Position numbers and translations under genes: made by a program. Source: Pelagomonas calceolata (lineage: Eukaryota). From it: a stretch of DNA of 64,000 nt. Each line of letters opens with the position of its first letter. Positions within the stretch are counted from its first letter, which is position 1. The stretch is taken from NCBI GenBank assembly GCA_918797485.1, contig CAKKNE010000001.1:2356001-2420000 (forward strand). The letters run 5' to 3'. Of this stretch, positions 60,876 to 64,000 are shown in pieces. Below the pieces are notes generated by a model. The model had not been told where the DNA came from and ran no database searches. It was given only the letters and a program-made list of their open reading frames with translations.

Positions 60876-62003
60876 CTAGCCCTCGGCTTCGCGGGCGGCG
60901 AGCACGGCGCGCGCGCATTTGAGGTCACGCTGCACGAGCGAAACTAGAGGGTGCGCGCCACCGAGCACCCGTCGCGCACTCGGCGCCACATCCTCGAGCG
61001 TGGTCACGGCCTCGCGGATATCGTCGAGCGTGGCGCCTTCGTCATAGTAGAGCGCTTTCGCGTAAAGCGACCTCATCCTGAGCGTGAACTCATGACTCTC
61101 TCCAAAGAAGGGTCGCAGCAAGGGCACCGTTCTGCGCAGCAGCGACTTGGCTTCGTCAAAGCGCTCTAATTTAAAAAGGGAAGAAGCGTAGTTGTTGGCT
61201 GATACAAGGGTCTGTCTATTTTCCGCTCCATATAGTTTCAACTCTGCAGAGTATATGTCTCGTTCGATCCGTACAGCATGTTCAACCTGTCCAAGCATAA
61301 CATACGTCCTCGCAAGATTGCCCTGAGTGACGAGCATGGTTTTTTCTGGTACATCAAGGCGCCGCATCATAGCTAAGTCGGCCTCTTGCACGGCCAAAGC
61401 GTCCTCGAAGTGCCCTGCTTCGAATAAACCGTTTCCAAGCACGCTCATCGCCAACCTCCGAAGCCAGCCCCCCTCCGGCTGCCCCACATACGTCTTCCAG
61501 CACGCCCACCCAAGCGCACAGGACACGACACCGTGGTAGTCCTGCTCGCACAGGCTGCACTTGTCCCACCGCTGGAACCTCGAATGAATCGCCTTGGCCC
61601 CCAAATTGTTCTCCTCCGCCTCCGCAATCAAAATCTTCGCCTGTTCCGCCAGACACGACACGTGGGCAAGACCCGCCGTCCCGCGGCACGCGCACCCGCG
61701 CACGAGGCCCTCTTTTGTTTTCCAGTGGAGAGCTTGCGTGCAGATGTAGCACGTCTGGCCCTTTGTGTCCTCGGCGCACGCCTCCGCCGCGACCGCGACG
61801 GCCTCCGTGTACTTCTTATTTGCATTGTATTGCTCGGCGCCGCCCGCTTTTTTTATCGGTTTGCAGAGCTTGTCGTGGCCGCCCTCTTTCCAGTGCTGCA
61901 CCTGGCAGGCTGCCCCGCAGTAGCGCGTGCTGCAGCGGCCGCATTTCTTGCCCAAGGTTAAGCCAAGCTCGGTGGCGCAGACGGCGCACTGCGTGAGGAT
62001 CAT
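60876..62003 (-). CDS. MYND-type Zn finger + RINGv + TPR protein, paralog B
   Basis: Same architecture as 36460-37593, with a nearly identical N-terminal half. Confidence 0.85.
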   Translation of the reverse strand: MILTQCAVCATELGLTLGKKCGRCSTRYCGAACQVQHWKEGGHDKLCKPIKKAGGAEQYNANKKYTEAVAVAAEACAEDTKGQTCYICTQALHWKTKEGLVRGCACRGTAGLAHVSCLAEQAKILIAEAEENNLGAKAIHSRFQRWDKCSLCEQDYHGVVSCALGWACWKTYVGQPEGGWLRRLAMSVLGNGLFEAGHFEDALAVQEADLAMMRRLDVPEKTMLVTQGNLARTYVMLGQVEHAVRIERDIYSAELKLYGAENRQTLVSANNYASSLFKLERFDEAKSLLRRTVPLLRPFFGESHEFTLRMRSLYAKALYYDEGATLDDIREAVTTLEDVAPSARRVLGGAHPLVSLVQRDLKCARAVLAAREAEG

Positions 62004-62065
62004 ACTGCGTGGGGGCAGCCTCCACGCCGTCGATGAGACGCGTTTGGCCCGTTTTGGGGGTACTT

Positions 62066-62085
62066 CCTAGTGCCTTACAGCTAGC
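62066..62085 (+). promoter_or_regulatory. CTAG-bounded motif 1
   Basis: CCTAGTGCCTTACAGCTAGC. Confidence 0.55.
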
Positions 62086-62165
62086 TCACGCAGCGCCCGA
62101 AATGCCGGGCTTTTGTGAGGCGCCGGGCAGCCTAAAAAACAAGCGGGGCGCAGGAGGGCAGCCCC

Positions 62166-63287
62166 ATGGACCTCCGCCAGCGCACGACCATCGCCACGGA
62201 CCCCTTCGCGACCATCAAAGGCATCGGAAGTCTCACGCTCCGTGCTGAGCAGTACGCCGACCTCGACGCGCCGTCGGTGGCGCGAAGCGTGTCCGTCGAA
62301 CGGACGCTGCAGACTTTGGTCAATCTTTCGGCCCAAGCGCACCCCTTGGAGACGTCGACGTTGAAAGGCGCCCGAGAAGGCGTCGACGGCGAGGAGCAGC
62401 GCCACCTGACCGCCCCCAGGTTTTATTTGTTGGATCTAGCTCTACGAGTGTGGTCCGAGACGACGTACGCGCATCTGCCCGATCGAAGGTTTGTCGATTT
62501 GACGGGAAGTAATGGCGAGAACTGCGTCGCCGCTTCGTTATTACGGGACTGGGTCTCGTGCCGGAGCATCGAGCCGATCCCCGAAGCTAGAGTATTGGCC
62601 AAAGCGCTGGTGGATGAGCGAGATAAGCGGCATAATCGAAGGAGGCGAGGGGCGAGTAGACGTGGCAGGGAACCGCAAAAACCACCGGCGCAAGTCTACA
62701 TCGAGGAGGCGTCGTGCCTGTGGAACTGCGACTGGTACGACTGCGACGTGGCCTTGTTCGACGCGACGCGGCCAGCATTCAGCGCTTTTGTCGACGAGGG
62801 CGCGTTCGTCCGGGCCGCGCTCTGGCCGGGTCTCGCGCGGTGCGCGGAGGGTACGGTCGTCTGCCTCATCTCGCGGGACCCGAACCCGACCGTGCGACGA
62901 GCCGAGCTCATCCCGACGGAGGGGCCGTCGGCCTGCGAGTTGCTCGACTCGTGCGTGATCGCGTGCGGCGACGGCGGGACGGCCGAAGCGCTGCGGGCGG
63001 ACATCGTCAAGACCATCGCGCCGTCGTCGGACCCCCGACTTGTACAAAGGCGCGAGCAGAGCAAGACTACTGGATTATTACTCAAGGTGCAGGACGCGCA
63101 CCGCGCGTCCTTGCGACGCAACGTCACGGAGTTCCAGCTCGGGTCGCCCTCCGATGAAAGCTCGTGGGGCTCGACGCCGACGCCCCAAAAGAGCCCGACG
63201 CTCGGCATCGTCCGCCAGCGCAAGTTCGGCGTGGACAAGAGTCCGCTGGGGTCGTTGCTCGAGAAGCGCGGGAGCCGGGACTCGTAA
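62166..63287 (+). CDS. Hypothetical protein, possibly degenerate class I (DOT1-like) methyltransferase fold
   Basis: FVDLTGSNG, CRSIE and DWYDCDVALF weakly match the SAM-binding pattern. Confidence 0.5.
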   Translation: MDLRQRTTIATDPFATIKGIGSLTLRAEQYADLDAPSVARSVSVERTLQTLVNLSAQAHPLETSTLKGAREGVDGEEQRHLTAPRFYLLDLALRVWSETTYAHLPDRRFVDLTGSNGENCVAASLLRDWVSCRSIEPIPEARVLAKALVDERDKRHNRRRRGASRRGREPQKPPAQVYIEEASCLWNCDWYDCDVALFDATRPAFSAFVDEGAFVRAALWPGLARCAEGTVVCLISRDPNPTVRRAELIPTEGPSACELLDSCVIACGDGGTAEALRADIVKTIAPSSDPRLVQRREQSKTTGLLLKVQDAHRASLRRNVTEFQLGSPSDESSWGSTPTPQKSPTLGIVRQRKFGVDKSPLGSLLEKRGSRDS

Positions 63288-63492
63288 GAATGTTGTGTAT
63301 TTCTCTAGTCTATTTCTGGGTGCGCTGGCGTCGATGGCGTTTCGCTCAGGCTCAGGCTAGTTACGTCGCGGGGTCCCCCGTACCCCTCCCGCTCCCCCCG
63401 GGCCCACCCGTCCGGCTGGACTAGGACGCAAGGGCTGAGTCACAGGGACTCGCACGCCCCCCCCCTCTTCGGGACGCCCCCCATCAGGTTTC

Positions 63493-63522
63493 GGAGCTAG
63501 TGTCTTACAGGTCGCTAGCTCC
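63493..63522 (+). promoter_or_regulatory. CTAG-bounded motif 1 with extended 8-bp stem
   Basis: GGAGCTAG-TGTCTTACAGGTCG-CTAGCTCC. Confidence 0.6.
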
Positions 63523-63621
63523 AGCCATTCCTCCGCTTCCGCGGCCGCAGCGTCCTAGCGTTGCAGTTTCAGACCGACTGAACGCATTCGCAGCACCTTA
63601 CACTCACCCTCTCCACGAACC

Positions 63622-64000
63622 ATGCTGCGCCGCGCCCTCGCGTCGCGCCAGACCCTCCTGCGCCACAGGGTGCTCTCGACGCGCACGGAGACCGACTCCT
63701 TCGGGCCGTTGGAAGTGCCCTCAGATAAATACTACGGCGCGCAAACCGCAAGGTCCATGATCAACTTCCCCATCGGCGGGCCCGAGGCGCGCATGCCTTT
63801 GGCGCTGATCCACGCGTTCGGCGTGCTCAAAAAATGCAGTGCATTATACAACAAGCGCACGGGCCGACTGGATGAGAAAATCGCCGACGCCATCGCGGCA
63901 GCCGCCGATGAAGTCGCTTCAGGTAAGTTGGATGACCACTTCCCGCTAGTGGTCTATCAGACTGGTTCGGGAACTCAAACGAACATGAATTGTAACGAGG
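63622..64000 (+). CDS. FUM1: Mitochondrial fumarate hydratase class II (3' partial)
   Basis: MLRRALASR presequence, [22 protein letters not shown] and [18 protein letters not shown]. Absent from the ORF track because it has no stop in the window. Confidence 0.97.
   Translation, partial: MLRRALASRQTLLRHRVLSTRTETDSFGPLEVPSDKYYGAQTARSMINFPIGGPEARMPLALIHAFGVLKKCSALYNKRTGRLDEKIADAIAAAADEVASGKLDDHFPLVVYQTGSGTQTNMNCNE

Noticed and set aside
1..64000. Autonomous transposase, reverse transcriptase or viral insertion
   Set aside because: No DDE, RT, integrase, HUH or capsid motifs were recognised in any ORF.

Overview
This is gene-dense, GC-rich eukaryotic nuclear DNA, most likely from a pelagophyte alga (Pelagomonas/Aureococcus-like). 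That assignment is inference from heterokont-type plastid targeting peptides, short GC-AG/GT-AG introns carrying the palindromic GCGTCGATGGCGT motif, and compact head-to-head gene pairs. About 40 protein-coding genes are supportable. They include RPT2 (5' partial), two kinases, an RS/cold-shock/RGG protein, PLGG1/LrgB, TFIIF-beta, an AlkB-like oxygenase with 6 introns, SDS22, PPAT, a divergent SPFH pair, an ankyrin-kinesin-14, EED/FIE, a divergent H2A-H2B pair with 3' stem-loops, a SET protein, two glycosyltransferase-like genes plus a nucleotide-sugar transporter, two MYND-RINGv-TPR paralogs and fumarase (3' partial). The most notable non-coding signals are: (1) a tRNA-Ala/tRNA-Arg tandem inside an intron of the cold-shock gene, with no adjacent T-run terminator; (2) a ~24-bp CTAG-bounded motif (GCTAGTGTCTTAC-Nx-GCTAG) found nine times in intergenic DNA, always on the + strand; (3) a second TAAGGTA/TACCTTA motif upstream of three minus-strand genes; (4) a family of introner/MITE-like palindromes found inside introns, outside CDS and possibly exonised. 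Exon boundaries were read by eye and need RNA-seq confirmation.
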